Source: Eledone cirrhosa
Taxonomy: Eukaryota
Length of the DNA stretch: 64,000 nucleotides
Direction of reading: 5' to 3'
Assembly (NCBI GenBank): GCA_964016885.1
Contig: OZ024740.1
Location: 358,546,001 to 358,610,000, forward strand
Part shown: one piece after another, positions 43,013 to 58,540 of the stretch
Position numbering within the stretch: position 1 is the first letter of the stretch
Layout of the letters: every line of letters begins with the position of its first letter
The notes under the pieces: model-generated
The model's database searches: none
The model's input: the letters and a program-made list of their open reading frames with translations, nothing else
What the model was told of the DNA's origin: nothing
Made by a program: the position numbers and the translations under genes

Positions 43013-43490
43013 AGTAAGTATGTTTTGAAACAGTGAGCAGGTTTGAAATTAGGAAATAGAATAGCTTTCACCGTATTTTTTACTAAAGGAATTTTAGCCT
43101 GATAATGGGGTTTAGAACCCTCAGATAAATGGAAAAAGATGAGTATTGACGTACATGGGAGTCGAACCCACAGTGGTCGCGATAACCACATTATCAGGCT
43201 AAAATTCCTTTAGTCAAAATTACGGTGAAAGCTATATATTTTCTAATTTCAAACCTGCTCACTGTTTCAAAACATACTTACTTGCCATTTAAACTCGCTA
43301 AGAATGTAGCTTCTAATTTGAATGGAAAGAAATGGGTGATGTGTTGGTGTAATGGTAGAACAGTGGTCGCGATAACCAAAGATGTGGCTTCGACTCCCAT
43401 GTACGTCAATACTGATCTTTTTCCATTTATCTGAGGGTTCTAAACCACATTATCAGGCTAAAATTTCTTTTGTCAAAAATACGGTGAAAT
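43013..43490 (+). repeat. Tandem/inverted 259-bp unit containing a tRNA-like sequence
   Basis: CATTATCAGG at 43189 and 43448; 43013-43171 is an inverted copy; bounded by (TA)n. Confidence 0.8.
43338..43408 (+). tRNA. tRNA-like cloverleaf (pseudo-tRNA; CGA at the anticodon position)
   Basis: 7-bp acceptor GATGTGT/GTACGTC, A box TGGTGTAATGG, anticodon arm TGGT-N7-ACCA, T arm GTGG(G/C)TTCGACTCCCAT, T5 at 43418; G33, U37 and a short variable arm are non-canonical. Confidence 0.6.
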
Positions 43491-43610
43491 ATATATATAT
43501 ACAATGGATAGTCCTGGCTTCTATTTCTAATTCTTCATTTTAATCTATATATTACATTTACAACAACACAGCACGCCATTTTTCATTCCTATATATATAT
43601 ATATATAATG

Positions 43611-43805
43611 ACTACAGGACGAGAACTGTATCATTCGAAAGAAAACATCAGGCAGGAAAGTGGGTTTTCCTGATGATTTCTTTCGAATGTAACAGTTCTA
43701 GTCCTGTAGAAGCCATTTCCATATTAAATAAGATGTTAGATGTTTACACTCTAATTATGTATTGAGTACTTTACAGTGGATTACCCCCGATTGAACCCGG
43801 GACTC
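43611..43805 (+). mobile_element. PLE pseudo-LTR hairpin with decayed HHR
   Basis: 43612-43652 inverted at 43669-43709; CTGATGA..GTAA-CAG TTCTAGTC CTG-TA-GAAG; the end matches 34135-34165 and 12145-12170. Confidence 0.65.
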
Positions 43806-43827
43806 ATATACATATATATATATATGC

Positions 43828-43898
<71 letters not shown>

Positions 43899-43900
<2 letters not shown>

Positions 43901-44751
43901 TGGCATTAGTGGAGGATAAGTGCGACGACGTTCTCGGGGAAACTCTAAGCATCGAGGAGGACGAACTGACCAGTCTGTTCGGGAGGACTTTCCATCCAGG
44001 GCCTATGGATAACTTCCAAAGGTCTCTTGCCTGGCAGTGCTACCGAGGAGCTCTACCAGTTCGAGACAAAATCTACAGGCACGGACGTCCTGGCAGAGAT
44101 CCTGCCAAAAGGACCTGTCCAAGATGCGAGCAGGACATCGAAACCGTTCTGCACGCAATTGTTCAGTGCCCTGGGGTGACCGACCTGTGGATTATGTCGA
44201 ACAGCTGCTGTCACATGTGGGACGCATCCAGTTGTCAGCCGAGTCCATCGTGAGGATCCCCCCACCGCCTTCATTTAAGAACGAAGGAGAGGCGGTTGTC
44301 CTCGGTCTGGTGGCTATGGCGAAAGAGGTAATATGGTGGACGAGGTTAAGAGGACTGAGGGCAAACACCTTCTTTAAGTATCACTTCAGAAGGTGAGAGT
44401 GGAGAGAGAGGTGCTACACCGCAGTAAATTCGCTGAAAGGTGGGTGAATGTGGCAAAAATGGCCCGGGTGAATGGACCTTCTCTGTATATAAACCTGTAG
44501 GTTGAGGAAGATAAACAGAGGGAAGAGAGGAAAACGTACAAAACGTGTTCCTGGTGTTGAGAGTTGTTCTATCCACGGGGTGTAAAACAATTCTGCAGTA
44601 ACGTTCCCCCCTATTGGGGATTTCAATTGTTATTTTATTATATATAGTTTATTGTTATTTATTAATGTTAAAGTTATATGATTTTTATGTAAAACTCCCG
44701 CCGTCACGTCTTGTAATGTTCCATTTTGGTACGCCCCTGTGGCAAATAAAG

Positions 44752-44755
<4 letters not shown>
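43899..44755 (+). mobile_element. Tx1/L1-like LINE 3' fragment
   Basis: SLAWQCYRGALPV..CPRC..ETVLHAIVQC zinc-knuckle region; AATAAAGAAA followed by (TA)n. Confidence 0.75.
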
Positions 44756-44793
<38 letters not shown>

Positions 44794-45126
44794 AGATTTG
44801 AATGGATACAGTTTAGTTGAAAGGAATTTATTGACACGTGTTTCTATAACAGTTACATAACCTAAAACAGCTGCTATCTACAAACTTTTAGTTATGCAGA
44901 CATTCAATATTTCAATGTTATTATTTACTGTCATTTCATCAGAATAATATTACTGAGGACCTATTTAGTTTTTATAGAGAATATTAGGAGGGGGGGGGGG
45001 GGGTGAAGTTGTTAGAAGAATAGTTGAAGGAGTGGTTTTTCGATACAACTGGAACCGTCGAGCAAACTCTACGTGAGCTGATAATCTACTGTGTGTAATA
45101 TTTATATTACAACACAACGGAAAATA

Positions 45127-45209
<83 letters not shown>

Positions 45210-45397
45210 GGTTTGTTGGTTTTCCACTGGATAGAACTGGTCATTCCGTAAGGTCAACCTCGATGTAATATTATGGAGAGCATTCAACGTAATGCAACTC
45301 ACCCGTCTTCGTTTGTGTAGTTGGTGGTGCGAGTACGGAGTTAATTATTATAAAATAACAGGAGGCTGGACTGGTGTAATTCCTTGAAAGGTTTATT

Positions 45398-45455
45398 ATA
45401 CTATGATCATTTCAATGATCGGGTTCAGTATGAATCCGGTGACATCATCAGGTAT
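45398..45455 (-). ncRNA. Type I hammerhead ribozyme
   Basis: ATAC-CTGATGA-TG..CGGATTCA TAC TGAACCCG..ATT-GAAA-TGATCA-TA-GTAT. Confidence 0.75.
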
Positions 45456-46278
45456 TTGAAATATAACAAAGGAATATAATAGACGAAATCCATGGGGCTG
45501 AAAATCAGAGACATGAGGGCGACCGAACATTTAGCAGCTTCTACCCCGGTCGGCCGTCTTCAAGTGGTGATTATTAAGCCTACTTATGTCCATCTGGTGA
45601 ACGGGCGTAGGCTTATAGTGTACTACTATCACCCCGTCGAAGACAGAAGCCAGCGTTGAGATCAGGTTACAATCAAGCTGGTCATGCGTGCTAGAAAGTG
45701 CCGCGAAAAATATTATTTCAAAGAACATATATCTCTTCAACAAAGCTACATATAGTAATATATAGTGGGCGTCTGCATGGTATAATGCATGGACAGAAAT
45801 TACGATTAACAATTAGAAACGTTAAATTTATGTTTAGAGTTAGAAGATACATTTAAGATGAAATTAGAAAAATAAGGTTTAGGTTTAAAGTTATGAGATT
45901 TAGTTAAAGGAATTTACAGAAGGAGGCTTTTATGACCCTGAAACTTTATCTTGACTATCTATAATACACTTAAACTTTTTCATAAAAGCCTCCTTCGGTA
46001 AATTCCTTTAACTAAATCCCATAACTTTAAACCTAATGCATTTCAGGCTTAACTGGCCTTCATCAGGACAGTCCCTCCCACCGCTTGCGACTGCTGGACT
46101 AGAAGACAGTTGAGAATAAAGCTATGCTTGAAGCGAAATCCTATTTCTTTTTTATTATAAGTTGAGCCAACTTATGCAACTTCATATGCAAATGAGATTA
46201 ATCACCTCATTTACACAGACGAGAAAAGTATATATTCTCAGCTGTCTTCTAGTCCAGCAGTCGCAAGCGGTGGGAGGG

Positions 46279-46322
46279 ACCGCCCTGACGAAGGCCAGTT
46301 AAGCCTGACATGCATAGACGGT
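46279..46322 (+). ncRNA. Decayed HHR; inverted partial copy at ~46036-46074
   Basis: ACCGCC-CTGACGA-AGGC..GCCT-GACA-TGCA-TA-GACGGT; the inverted copy keeps CTGATGA and GAAA. Confidence 0.6.
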
Positions 46323-46635
46323 TGTCCCCCTTGCTTCTGCTGGACACCACCGGAGGGCGTTAGCCCCCCGGTGTTTGCATAGCTACCGCTTCCTAAAACT
46401 GTATTTCTTTGGAGATACGAAATATTATACATATTGCATAAATTGTATAAAGCTATGCTTGAAGCGAAATGTTATTTCTTTTATATATATATATATAACT
46501 TTGATATCTTTGATAGGTTTCGGCCAGTATTGGCCAAGACCATGTCTAACTTAATAGCGCCACCTGGCATGTACATATACATATATACATACACACTCAC
46601 ACAAATCTCTTTCTAGCTATCTATCTATATCTCTC

Positions 46636-47366
<731 letters not shown>

Positions 47367-48096
47367 AATATATATATGTACATATATGTCAACCAGAAAG
47401 ACATTGGTGTTATAACAAATGTCCTCATTTAACGAAAACATTCTTTTTCTTTTTTGAGTTTTAGGAATTATTCAAAATAATTCAAGAACAGTTTTATTTA
47501 ATATATACCCAAAAGAGCGAAGCTGGCAATATATAATTTTTCACTTTATAGGTCTTCTCTTATTAGAAAACAAATTTTCAATTTTTATTTCTTTCTGTAT
47601 TTGTCCTATTCGTGAACCATAAACATAATATCATACAGTATATTCCAGCAGACGACAATTACTTGGGTGTGTATGTGTCGTTTCTGTGAGTGATAGTGTC
47701 ATAATACAAAGTCCATCATGTAATTATCTCTTCTTTTACTGAATTTCTCTTTGTGGTGGCCAGTGTTAGAAAGAGCAGCCAAATCTTATTTATACATCGT
47801 CTTTTTCAACGTAGATCTTTGAATTATTCGACAAACTAAATGACTGAAATTAACATATAAATGACTGCGTTGTCCACAGACATATGAATACAACGCAATT
47901 TTTAAGCCAGGTTAGTGAACCAAGATAGATAGAGAGAGAGAGAGAGATGTGTTTACTCAACATCTTTGCAAGATCGACATTATCTGTTGTAGTGTTTGAT
48001 GAAAAACATTTAATAAAAATAAAATTCATAAAAGTGTCAAAAACAAAATTTAAAAATTTGCTTAAAAACTACGGAGACAGTTTCTACACCTATAAA

Positions 48097-48152
<56 letters not shown>

Positions 48153-48356
48153 CATGTGTGTGTCTGTGTGTGTCTGTGCGTGCGCGCCTATAAATGTTTG
48201 TCTATGTATATAAAGAAACACCATTTTATGCGCTGGAGAATGTATATATCTATCAAATTACATATTCCTATATATACACAAACTTATTGAATATATAATT
48301 TACGTTCGAATTGTTATATACACTTTTATTTACATTTGAATTATTATCGTTGTTTA

Positions 48357-48790
48357 CAGGGTCGATAAAATAAAATACCAGTAACACACTGGGTTAATTT
48401 AATTGACATTAACCTTCCCTTCAAATTGCTGGCCTTGTGCCTAAATCAGAAACTATTATATATATTATTTACATTCGAATCGTTATTAAGGCAAGTAAAA
48501 CATTGCACTGAAAATAGTTTTAAATTGCACTTGTCGAATACGAATTGAATGCGCTTGTGCTAGCTACTTGGAATTGGACAGACGGACAGACACCCTGCTT
48601 GGTGGCATAGAGTTACGACCCTTTACGTTCTGAGTTCAAGTGCCAGCGAGATTAGTTTTGCCTTTGATCCTTACGGGGTCGATAAATGAAAGTATCAGTC
48701 AAGCACTGGGATCGATTTAATTGACTTACCCCTCCCCCCCCAAAAAAAAATTGGTGGCCTTGTTTGCCTAAATTACAAACCATTATTAAA
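48357..48790 (+). mobile_element. Two older SINE fragments of a related subfamily
   Basis: GGGGTCGATAAA..GGCCTTGTGCCTAAA tails at 48357-48460 and 48600-48790. Confidence 0.7.
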
Positions 48791-51700
48791 GATATATTTC
48801 ATACAAAAACCGCTCTAGAAAACAAAAGATTCTACAACATTTTCTCTGTTATCTCATAATATGGGTAGCAGAAATCAAAGAAAAATAAAATCAACGAGAG
48901 GGTTGCTAATGTGAAACCAGAGCTTTTATCGTCAAAATGTGCATGTACACAAACATATACACCATATATACATACACACATACATACTTGCACCCCTCTC
49001 TACACTGATACACACAATGTAAGAAGAATGGAGACAAAGAATAGTAAACGTATTTGTGTTTCAAATCCGTCATTTTTTACATAGAGACAAACCTTGAAGC
49101 AATACTAGTGCCCAATGAGAACGTATAACACTTCTCCGTTCATATGGAAAGAAAACTGATCAATACTGGTTATCTATATACAGTTACTGATTTTCTTTGG
49201 CAGAGGTTTTCTATTGAAGACATGTTATCTCGGTGAATATATGAACTCTTACTTAATGACAAGGCCATCAATCTCTACGAGGATAAAAGTGTCAGTAAAA
49301 ATCAATCCAGGTACTTGATTTGTACTTATTTCATCTTTGTCATCGTTGGAAATCCGGAGGGATTTAAAATCAGAAAACTAATTTAATTATATGCCTAAAG
49401 TGTTTTGTCTTCCGTCTGCCAACTCAGTCATCCACTGATTTGTCTCATTTAAGATATGATTTCTTATTTAAGCACAAGGCCAGTAAAACTGACGAAGGGC
49501 AACGTACGCTAGTACGCTAGTACTTCAATTGTTCTTTATTTTATCAACCCGGAAAGGTTGAAAAGTAAATTTGACATCGGTGAATATAATGAGCCAGATC
49601 AAATACTGCAATAGCATTTTATCCGGCGCTCTACCAATTCTGCCAGTTCAATTAAAATATACATACCACAAATGAATATCAAAAGAAAAAAAAACCCATG
49701 TTGCAAAATGTGATCTTCAAATACTTCTATTTCATATGGCTTAGCATTATAGCAAATAGTTTTGGTGGTACGAATGTATGTCAAAATATGACTGCTATAT
49801 CATTTATCGAAAGACATATTTGATCCGAGTGGGATTTTATACAAGCATGTAAAGCGACGAAATTAAATGCTGCAAAAGAGTCTGGAAGATTGTTATTTCT
49901 TCCCGCTTTCCTATTTCTTATTTAAAGGTGTCGAAGACTAAACATATTAGATAATAATGGCGTTGATCTAATTCAGTATGACCACCTTCAAATATTGTAG
50001 GTTAGTGTCGATTTAAATAAATCTATGTTGAAATAAAGTATTAAATGTGTAAATATCCGTGTCTTAATTGTAAAAAACGATTCTCCAAAATGTGTTTAGT
50101 CCACGTTAAATTTCTTTAAGAACTACTATATTTAGCTGGGCAATAGCTACTATAACATTTGTTTATCTACGGGACTGATGATATCGTATTGGACTACGAT
50201 TTTAAAGATGACTTGAAATCCGTTGTAAACGATTTATTGTTTTGTGGGTAGTATACATACTAATACATGTCTTGATTCATTGATCTCAGTTGATCTCAGT
50301 TGGCTTCAACGATTAGAGTTCCAGGTGTTCAATCAATGTGCTCGTGAAATTAGCGTATAGGTAGCTGAGTATTCCACAGACGTGTACATTTAACGTAATT
50401 TTCAGAGCAATTCAGCGTGACACATTGCTGCCTGATATGGTTGTTTTTTTTAAAATTACAGATACAATTCATTTGATGGGCTTCAAAAAAGTTTCTGTTC
50501 ACACACTTTCATTCACAAGGCATGGGGTAACCCGAAGCTATGGTAAATGACACTTGCTCAAGATGCCACGTAGTGGGATCGAACCCGACACCCAATGATT
50601 GCGAAGCATACTACTTTCCCTGATCAATGAGATATAAACACTAGATATTCTGGGAACGTTCTTGTGATAGACCAGGAATATATAATAGATTATCATGTAC
50701 TTGGTGGGAAAGGAATATTCATTAATCTGCTTTAGTAAAAATTAAAAAAAGAGTGGAATAATGTAATTTTGCATTACTTGGCGTATATTTAGGATATTAA
50801 CACTTCTACAATTTTCCTATTTATATTTTAGAATATATATTTATATATTTTTTCAGAGCTAATATTGCTAAGAATTATTATCTAACTCTTTTTAGTAACA
50901 CTCGAGGTGCTGCTTTGAAGCTTGAAACATCAAGATCTTTAAAATCTTTAAAATTGATATGATTTTATACAAGAAAAAAAAATCAAATCTTAATAATAAT
51001 AGAATTTTCTCTAGTTATGATTGTTTAGAGTCCGTTGGTTTATAGTTGTGATCAATTCAATTATTCTCATTTTATATGCAGGCGAAGAAAATAGTTAACT
51101 TGCCAATTGACAGGTATAGCAATTCATACATATCAAATTACAATAATAATGTATACTCATTTATACAGTGGTATTAGAATAATTATTGATATAGTTCAAC
51201 ACCAGACTAATTTTTAAGTGAAAGATTTATTGTGAATACATCGCATCTAATTTAATTACTAGCACAAGTTATATATTGGCATCAGAATGTGGTGAATGAC
51301 GTGTAAATGTGTAATCAGGGGGATTTTACAGGACGAAAGTAAAGAGATTCCCAGCATCGACCTTCCATAGCACTTTGTGTCATTATTAACAGTAATACTC
51401 GAATTTGAGTTTCTTTAGTGTATATCTTTCTTGTTTTGTATTTTGCACCAGTGCAAGAAATTAATAGGCATTGATGAATTAATAGAACTATATTTACTTC
51501 CGTAATTTTACTATGTAAGTTCAAATTCTGTCGGTGGCTAATCTGCTGTTTACGTCTCCTCTATAAATTAGCGGCGTTGTTAAACTGTGATAAATCAATG
51601 ATTGAGAGAAGGCTATAAAGAGAATATTTTCTGTTAATGAAATTAGCTTCATTGTAGAATTTGAAGTTATAGAAGTAAGCTGTTATTTTCTGGGGTTTTT

Positions 51701-52389
51701 TTACGATATCAAATGTTATAAGGTTACAAAGTAATGGAGGATGGAAAGACAGAGATAATTTTCCAGAAAGCTGAAAGTATGATCAGATTTTAATCACCAG
51801 GACTAAACGCAACCACACCCCGTTTACCTTTCCTCTAAAATCTAAGGCCCGATGCCAAGAGTAATAAATCAATATTAAATATGTTAATAGCTATGAACCT
51901 ATAAATGCTGCATTAATGCTGGCTGCTAATTTACTTTTGTTTATTAGAGTTAAGTCTGATATTGATATTTATCTCTAACACTAATCAATTCATGTATCTG
52001 AAAGTAAATGACAAGGAAAGTCGAATCCAGCTCTATAAATAACTAGAGACTAGGCAACGAAGGAGTCACGACCCGGCCGTTCGACTGTTAAAAGTAGCAG
52101 CCTAATATTCAGATTTCATCGTATTAAAAAAATGGAAAACTTTGGATCTGCAGACTTAGGGATAAACTAGAGATGGGGATTTTTGTTAGAGTTCAATTTG
52201 TAGTCTTCTCAGGACTTAAGAAAGAGTATTTAATAATTTCTGCGCTACCAGATTTAGAAGAGTTCCATGATAGACGTTCTAATGTTAGTGTGGTCACCCT
52301 TATTGCAGGACTTGCAACAACCTTATTGAAGACATATCGTATAAATCTAAATCAGGCCAAATTTTTAACGTAAAAAAATAATTTGACCT

Positions 52390-52850
52390 ATTAGTGAGAA
52401 AATTCAACTAGGACTAACAAAACATACCATCAGAAACTGAATGACCATTCATCATCAACACATACGAGACCCAGCACTAGAAAGATTCCACTGAGTGAGC
52501 ATCTTGACTTACGTGAGACAAAGTGAAACATAAATCTAGTCCCAATTTACATTTATTCACACAATTCTATATATCAAACACGAATAAATATATAAATAAA
52601 TTTATAGTAAAATGCAAACCACTATTGAATAAAATTTAACAAAGTATATTCACAAACACCTACTCAAACACATAATCCTTCTTCATTCTGTCATTTAGCA
52701 CATTGCTGTTACATGGCCGACAATATCAACTTTGGACACAATTATGACCTTTTCTCAATGTTGACATTTTAGACGCGAGAGATTACGACAAAGCTTTACT
52801 CATTTTCTTGTCACACTAGAAAATTGACAAAAATCGTGAAACTGGTAAAG
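52390..52850 (+). mobile_element. Highly decayed PLE GIY-YIG C-terminus and pseudo-LTR
   Basis: MTIHHQHIRDPSTRKIPLSEHLD..KFIVKCKPLLN. Confidence 0.45.
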
Positions 52851-52905
52851 TGAGTTATTGTAAATATATTTTCTTCAAAAATATAATGCATTTTCATCTT
52901 CTTTC

Positions 52906-52983
<78 letters not shown>

Positions 52984-54696
52984 TAATGTGTGTTGTGTGT
53001 GTGTGTCTGTGTGTGTGTTGGAAGTTTGTCCATTCCGACGACGAATATTCCGGTTGATTGAATAACGGATCAGCCTGGAGTAAAATTAACGTGGTAGTGG
53101 CTTAGCATGCCACAAACGTGGGTACCATTAACGTAGTTCTCAGAGAGATTTAGAGTGACACAGTGTGTGACGGCTACTCATTTCAATTGCATGTACAATT
53201 CCATTTTGCCAGTTGAGTGTATGTGAAATAAATTGACCTGGTCAAGGACATAATGCACCTCCGGGAATTGAACACCCAACTTTACTATCGTGAAACAAAC
53301 ACATAATTAATTATTATTTATAATTATTATTTATATAGCCATTTGATTGTACCAACGTTTCTCATCTCAAGACTTTCCTCAACATCGAATATTGAATTAT
53401 TTATTATATGACTGGTCTACTTAGTCTTATATTAAAACTATCATATATCGCACAGTTTCCGATGACAAATCTCGCTTATAAGGTAACATAAGTGACAGGC
53501 AATGAGACCATTCTAATTGACCAAATCCAGCCATGTATAAGACTGATATTTTCTTGTCAGTGTTCTATATATAAATGCCAATATTGCCAATAGGCTTTCA
53601 TCACAGAGCGTAAATATAATTAACACAAGGCATATTGTCCAACATGAAAATGTTTCTACTAATCTGAGACTCGAACAATTTGGCCAGCGACAACTCTAGG
53701 ATAATATTAGATAAAGTAGTTTTCGACAAGCTTTTTACTCTAGTTTCATGGCGCCATGTGCAATATTTAGAATTAAATGTCTAATGAGAAGTGTGACGTT
53801 CAGCATCAATCAATAACTTGTTCACCCGACATTTTCGCTTCTATCACTACATTCTCAGCATACTAAACGTATACTATTTTTATATATTTTTTAGCTATGT
53901 ATATATGTATATATTTATGTATGTATATTTATTGTTAATGTTACTTTTTTACGTTTTTTTTTATATGCCTGCATGTAATTGTCGTTATGGGAATATATGT
54001 CACATAGTGGGTAATATTTGTATTTCTTAGATGTATTATTATTAGGAACTCCTCTGGGACAGTCCCAACATGAATTTCTATAATATTCATCATTCACCTT
54101 TTACTGTACATAGAATTCATCCAATAACATTTATGAATATGGTTGCTTAAACGTCATTTTTATGTATTTTCGTTTATATTTGGACCGTTCTACAACCGCT
54201 TATCAGATATGTTATTTCAATCAGTAAACGAATCTCGAATATTATTATGACAATATCAAGTTAATTAGTTCTTATCTAGACGTCTGTCTTCTTGTATATC
54301 TCATTGGACAGTAGTGTAATTATTCGCAATTATTTCATGTGATTATGCATAAATCACTTCTCCTCTGTTTGGAAACTTAATTGCTTGCATATTTTCCATC
54401 TTATTTTTATCATATTGTCATGTAGTTATTTTTTATATTTTCCTATGCCATTAATATATTTGTTCTCTGACTGGACTAAAATCCTATAATGAGGACATCA
54501 AAACCTAATCTCATTCGATAACAACAAAACTCATTGTCTACACAAACAATAAAAAGAGACTTTTACGAAACTATCCACTTTCTATTCATGAACACACAAC
54601 TCAAACTTTTACAATTTCTATAATTGCCAAGCTTCATCTGATCATGTTTTATAGCGATGTCGTATAAATACACACACACACACACACGCCCCCCCC

Positions 54697-54751
<55 letters not shown>

Positions 54752-54808
54752 GTTCGGATCTAGCTGTCGAAACGGCCGGAGTTCAGCCGTCGGGGGCTCG
54801 ACTATTTT

Positions 54809-54899
<91 letters not shown>

Positions 54900-55031
54900 G
54901 TGAGGTTTTTTTTACAAAATGAAAAATAATCGAGGTGTCGTACACGAGTGAAAGTATAAAGAAAAAAAGATGAAATCGAAAATGCAACTGGAGTCTTATT
55001 TTTAAAACCACAGACCCTCCATCTCAACTCA

Positions 55032-55069
55032 CCTTTTGAAAAGCAGAAGAACTGTGAAACCGGTAAAGG
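55032..55069 (+). ncRNA. Minimal hammerhead, U3-A8 core variant
   Basis: CCTT-TTGAAAA-GCAG AAGAA CTGT-GAAA-CCGG-TA-AAGG. Confidence 0.7.
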
Positions 55070-55169
55070 AACCAAATAAATGTATATATATATTTAAAAA
55101 TAAGACTCCAGTTGCATTTTCGATTTCATCTTTTTTTCTTTATATATATATATTCTGTTTTGCTTTTAC

Positions 55170-55200
<31 letters not shown>

Positions 55201-55254
55201 ATGAAAGAATGAAGAGTAACATGGTTGGCTGTACAACAAGGGGCTTTATTTCAG

Positions 55255-55365
55255 GTATTAACAATTGTTTCATTAATCACGTGAGTCTAGAGGCCGCCAA
55301 TCGCTCGAAGTTGCGTCACTCGATCTCCATTTCATTATTTACCTCTGACCAAATCCTCAGAATTC
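55255..55365 (-). ncRNA. Type I hammerhead with long stem II
   Basis: GAATT-CTGAGGA-TTTGGT..ATTAAT-GAAA-CAATTG-TT-AATAC. Confidence 0.7.
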
Positions 55366-55386
55366 AAAAATAATTCATACAAGGCA

Positions 55387-55443
<57 letters not shown>

Positions 55444-55912
55444 AATAATAAAATATATGATAAATAGGTAAAGAAGTTGCAGATGTAAAAAGTAAAAAGT
55501 AAGAAAAAAGATACAATAAAAAAGTAAGAAAATAGAAAAATAGTAAAAGTATAAAGAAATAAGGATAAGTGAGAGCATATAAGTACAGAATATGATAGTG
55601 GTGGCGGTGAGTAAGTGTCCGTAAAAGGATGGTGTGGTGGAATTAGTGCTAACATGAAAAGTCATATTCGAAACATACATAGAAACGTGTAGAGAGTCTG
55701 AGGTAGTCACAGATAAAAGAAAAAGCAATAAATTAGAACTTAATTGGGAGATACTAGCATGAGACCCAAGAGCTAAGGTTGGATGGTGAAGTGGGGTGGG
55801 GGGTGGAGTGACAAGTGTGTGTGGTAAATGTTTGGCTGATTATCTGGTCTTAATGGGTTGATGTGGTTTCAGGGAGAGAGGGTGAAAGAGATGTTAAGAG
55901 ATTTATTATCTA

Positions 55913-55999
<87 letters not shown>

Positions 56000-56110
56000 T
56001 AAAACACTTACGTATATAAAATACTTACGTATATATATATTTTCCAGGAAAAAGTTGCACCGTTAAGATCTTCTTCCTGGATATGTCAATATTTATAAAA
56101 CAAACTTTGT

Positions 56111-56169
56111 ATTTTATCTGACGAGAACGTACCAAAGTTTTGGTACCCTTGAAATATATATAATAGAAT
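56111..56169 (+). ncRNA. Type I hammerhead with TA-only stem III
   Basis: ATTTTAT-CTGACGA-GAAC GTACCAA..TTGGTAC CCTT-GAAA-TATATA-TA-ATAGAAT. Confidence 0.75.
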
Positions 56170-56303
56170 AAATATGGGTTTATAAATATAGTTTCCATTT
56201 ATTTAATATCATTGAATATTATACTCTAGAAAATTTGTCGAGTGCTTCGAATCAGTTATAAACATATATATTTGTTGAATTAAATAAAATATCCCTTTTG
56301 GTG

Positions 56304-56385
<82 letters not shown>

Positions 56386-56529
56386 GCAAAAGTGATATTT
56401 AATTTGTTGGTAATTCAACAAATATAAATGTTTATATTATCTGGAGTATAATATTCAATGATATTAAATGAATGTAAACTATATTTATAAAACCATATTT
56501 ATTTTATTATATATATATATATATATAAA

Positions 56530-56940
56530 TGGAAAATATTCCATCAGCTTAGCCCAAATGATGTTGGCATCACCTTTAGTGTACACCCAAGGCTTGGGCC
56601 CCGTGCTATCCGCCCACTACAAAAATCCCACTCGCATCACATAACAACAATACGGCGCAATTATTTCACCTCAATTGGCCCTGCACTCTTTAACATTATA
56701 CCAAAACATATCAAAGCAGAAACAGACCCCATCAAGTTCAAGAAGCCTTTGGATAAATTCCTTCAAGAAATCCCGGATAAGCCTCCTACACCCGGATATA
56801 CCTCCGGAAACAATAACTCTCTGCTCGAGTGCGCCATGGTGCCCAAACACTGATTTGTAAGACTTTGCCAGGTGGTGCTATTAAGTTAGACATGGCCTGG
56901 GCCAATACTGGCCGAAACGTATCAAAGTTATCAAAGTAAG

Positions 56941-56945
<5 letters not shown>
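56530..56945 (+). mobile_element. CR1/L2-group LINE 3' end
   Basis: Open frame 56530-56853: RRNYFTSIGPALFNIIP..FKKPLDKFLQEIPDKP; the same tail occurs at 46497-46568 (-). Confidence 0.7.
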
Positions 56946-57014
<69 letters not shown>

Positions 57015-57064
57015 AATCAGGAAAGAAGGTTTACATGGTTTGCTATACACAAGTGTTTTATATA

Positions 57065-57190
<126 letters not shown>

Positions 57191-58094
57191 TATATAAAAC
57201 ACTTGCGTATCAAAATAATTTACAAACGCTAAATTTATATTTGGTTTAAGAAAATATTTCACACCGTCTCAGAAGTCACAACTACTAATATCAACTTTCT
57301 GAGCCGCTATACACATACAAACATTCCATATTGTCAAATATTCACTCATTGACAAGCTGTATACATTAGCCCGTATATGTAAAGAGAATTCAGACACACA
57401 TACATAATTTTCATTACATAATATTGAAAAGAAAGCAAGAGAAAAAAGATCAATTCTTCATAAATAATGTAATAAACTGTAAAGAAGACTGACGAGGATT
57501 GTTTTTATTGTAAATGCGCAGTGAGACTTCGAAAGAGTGATGCATTTGTATGACCAATGCAGCAATTTGTTTCATACAGTTTTTAGATTTTAATTTTGCA
57601 ATCAAATTTATAAATCATATTGGTCATTTGTAGATTGTACCATCTAAGTTCTGCATGCTTGTGGTTTGTTGCTGCGCATTTGATACATTTTATGTTTAAT
57701 TTGTTTATACGTTTGATTCATATTGTATGTATTAGCTTTAATACAGGGTGTTAGAAGCAGACTGAAAGTTATGTTAAATTGTAAATAACGTTATAAAATA
57801 CCACAACATTTATAAGAAGGAATAAAACCGTATATGTTTTTTGTACAATTTACCGCGTGATTTATTTCGCAAATATAGCAAATATAGCAATCGGATGATT
57901 CATTTTGATACACTCTGTAGTTATTTAGAGGGGATAAAGGATGCCACAATATGATTAGATTGGTGCAATTGGCCTTGCACATTTCTGCAACTAATATTTT
58001 CGCATGATTTCTTTTCCCGTTCTGGCCATTATTTCTGCAATTATTCAGTCGTAATTATCAATACACATTAGTAATATACACACACATGCACGCG

Positions 58095-58182
<88 letters not shown>

Positions 58183-58336
58183 TAAATAGTTAGAGAAAGA
58201 GAGACACAGAGAGAGAAAGAGAAAGAGAGACACAGAGAGAGAAAGAGAAAGAGAGAGAGAAAGAGAAAGAGAGAGCGAGAGAGAGAAAGAGAGAAAGAGA
58301 GAAAGAGAGAAAGAGAGAAAGAGGGAGAGTGAGAGT

Positions 58337-58396
<60 letters not shown>

Positions 58397-58489
58397 TTAG
58401 GTGATTCAGTAGATTTGTGGTTTGTTGAGGAAAGGACCAATATTAGCACTTTATGCTATACTAGAGTGTATACATTAACAAGAATATAT

Positions 58490-58540
<51 letters not shown>

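Noticed and set aside
43338-43408. Functional tRNA-Ser(CGA)
   Set aside because: No long variable arm, G33, U37 and D-stem mismatches; kept only as tRNA-like
44835-44900. Further hammerhead candidates (also ~35225-35295, ~45090-45130, ~52765-52852)
   Set aside because: GAAA and a stem III-like segment are present but the core or stem I is too degenerate to support a call
56888-56925. GGCC..GGCC-GAAAC-GTA as a hammerhead
   Set aside because: No core upstream; better explained as the 3' stem-loop of the CR1-like LINE
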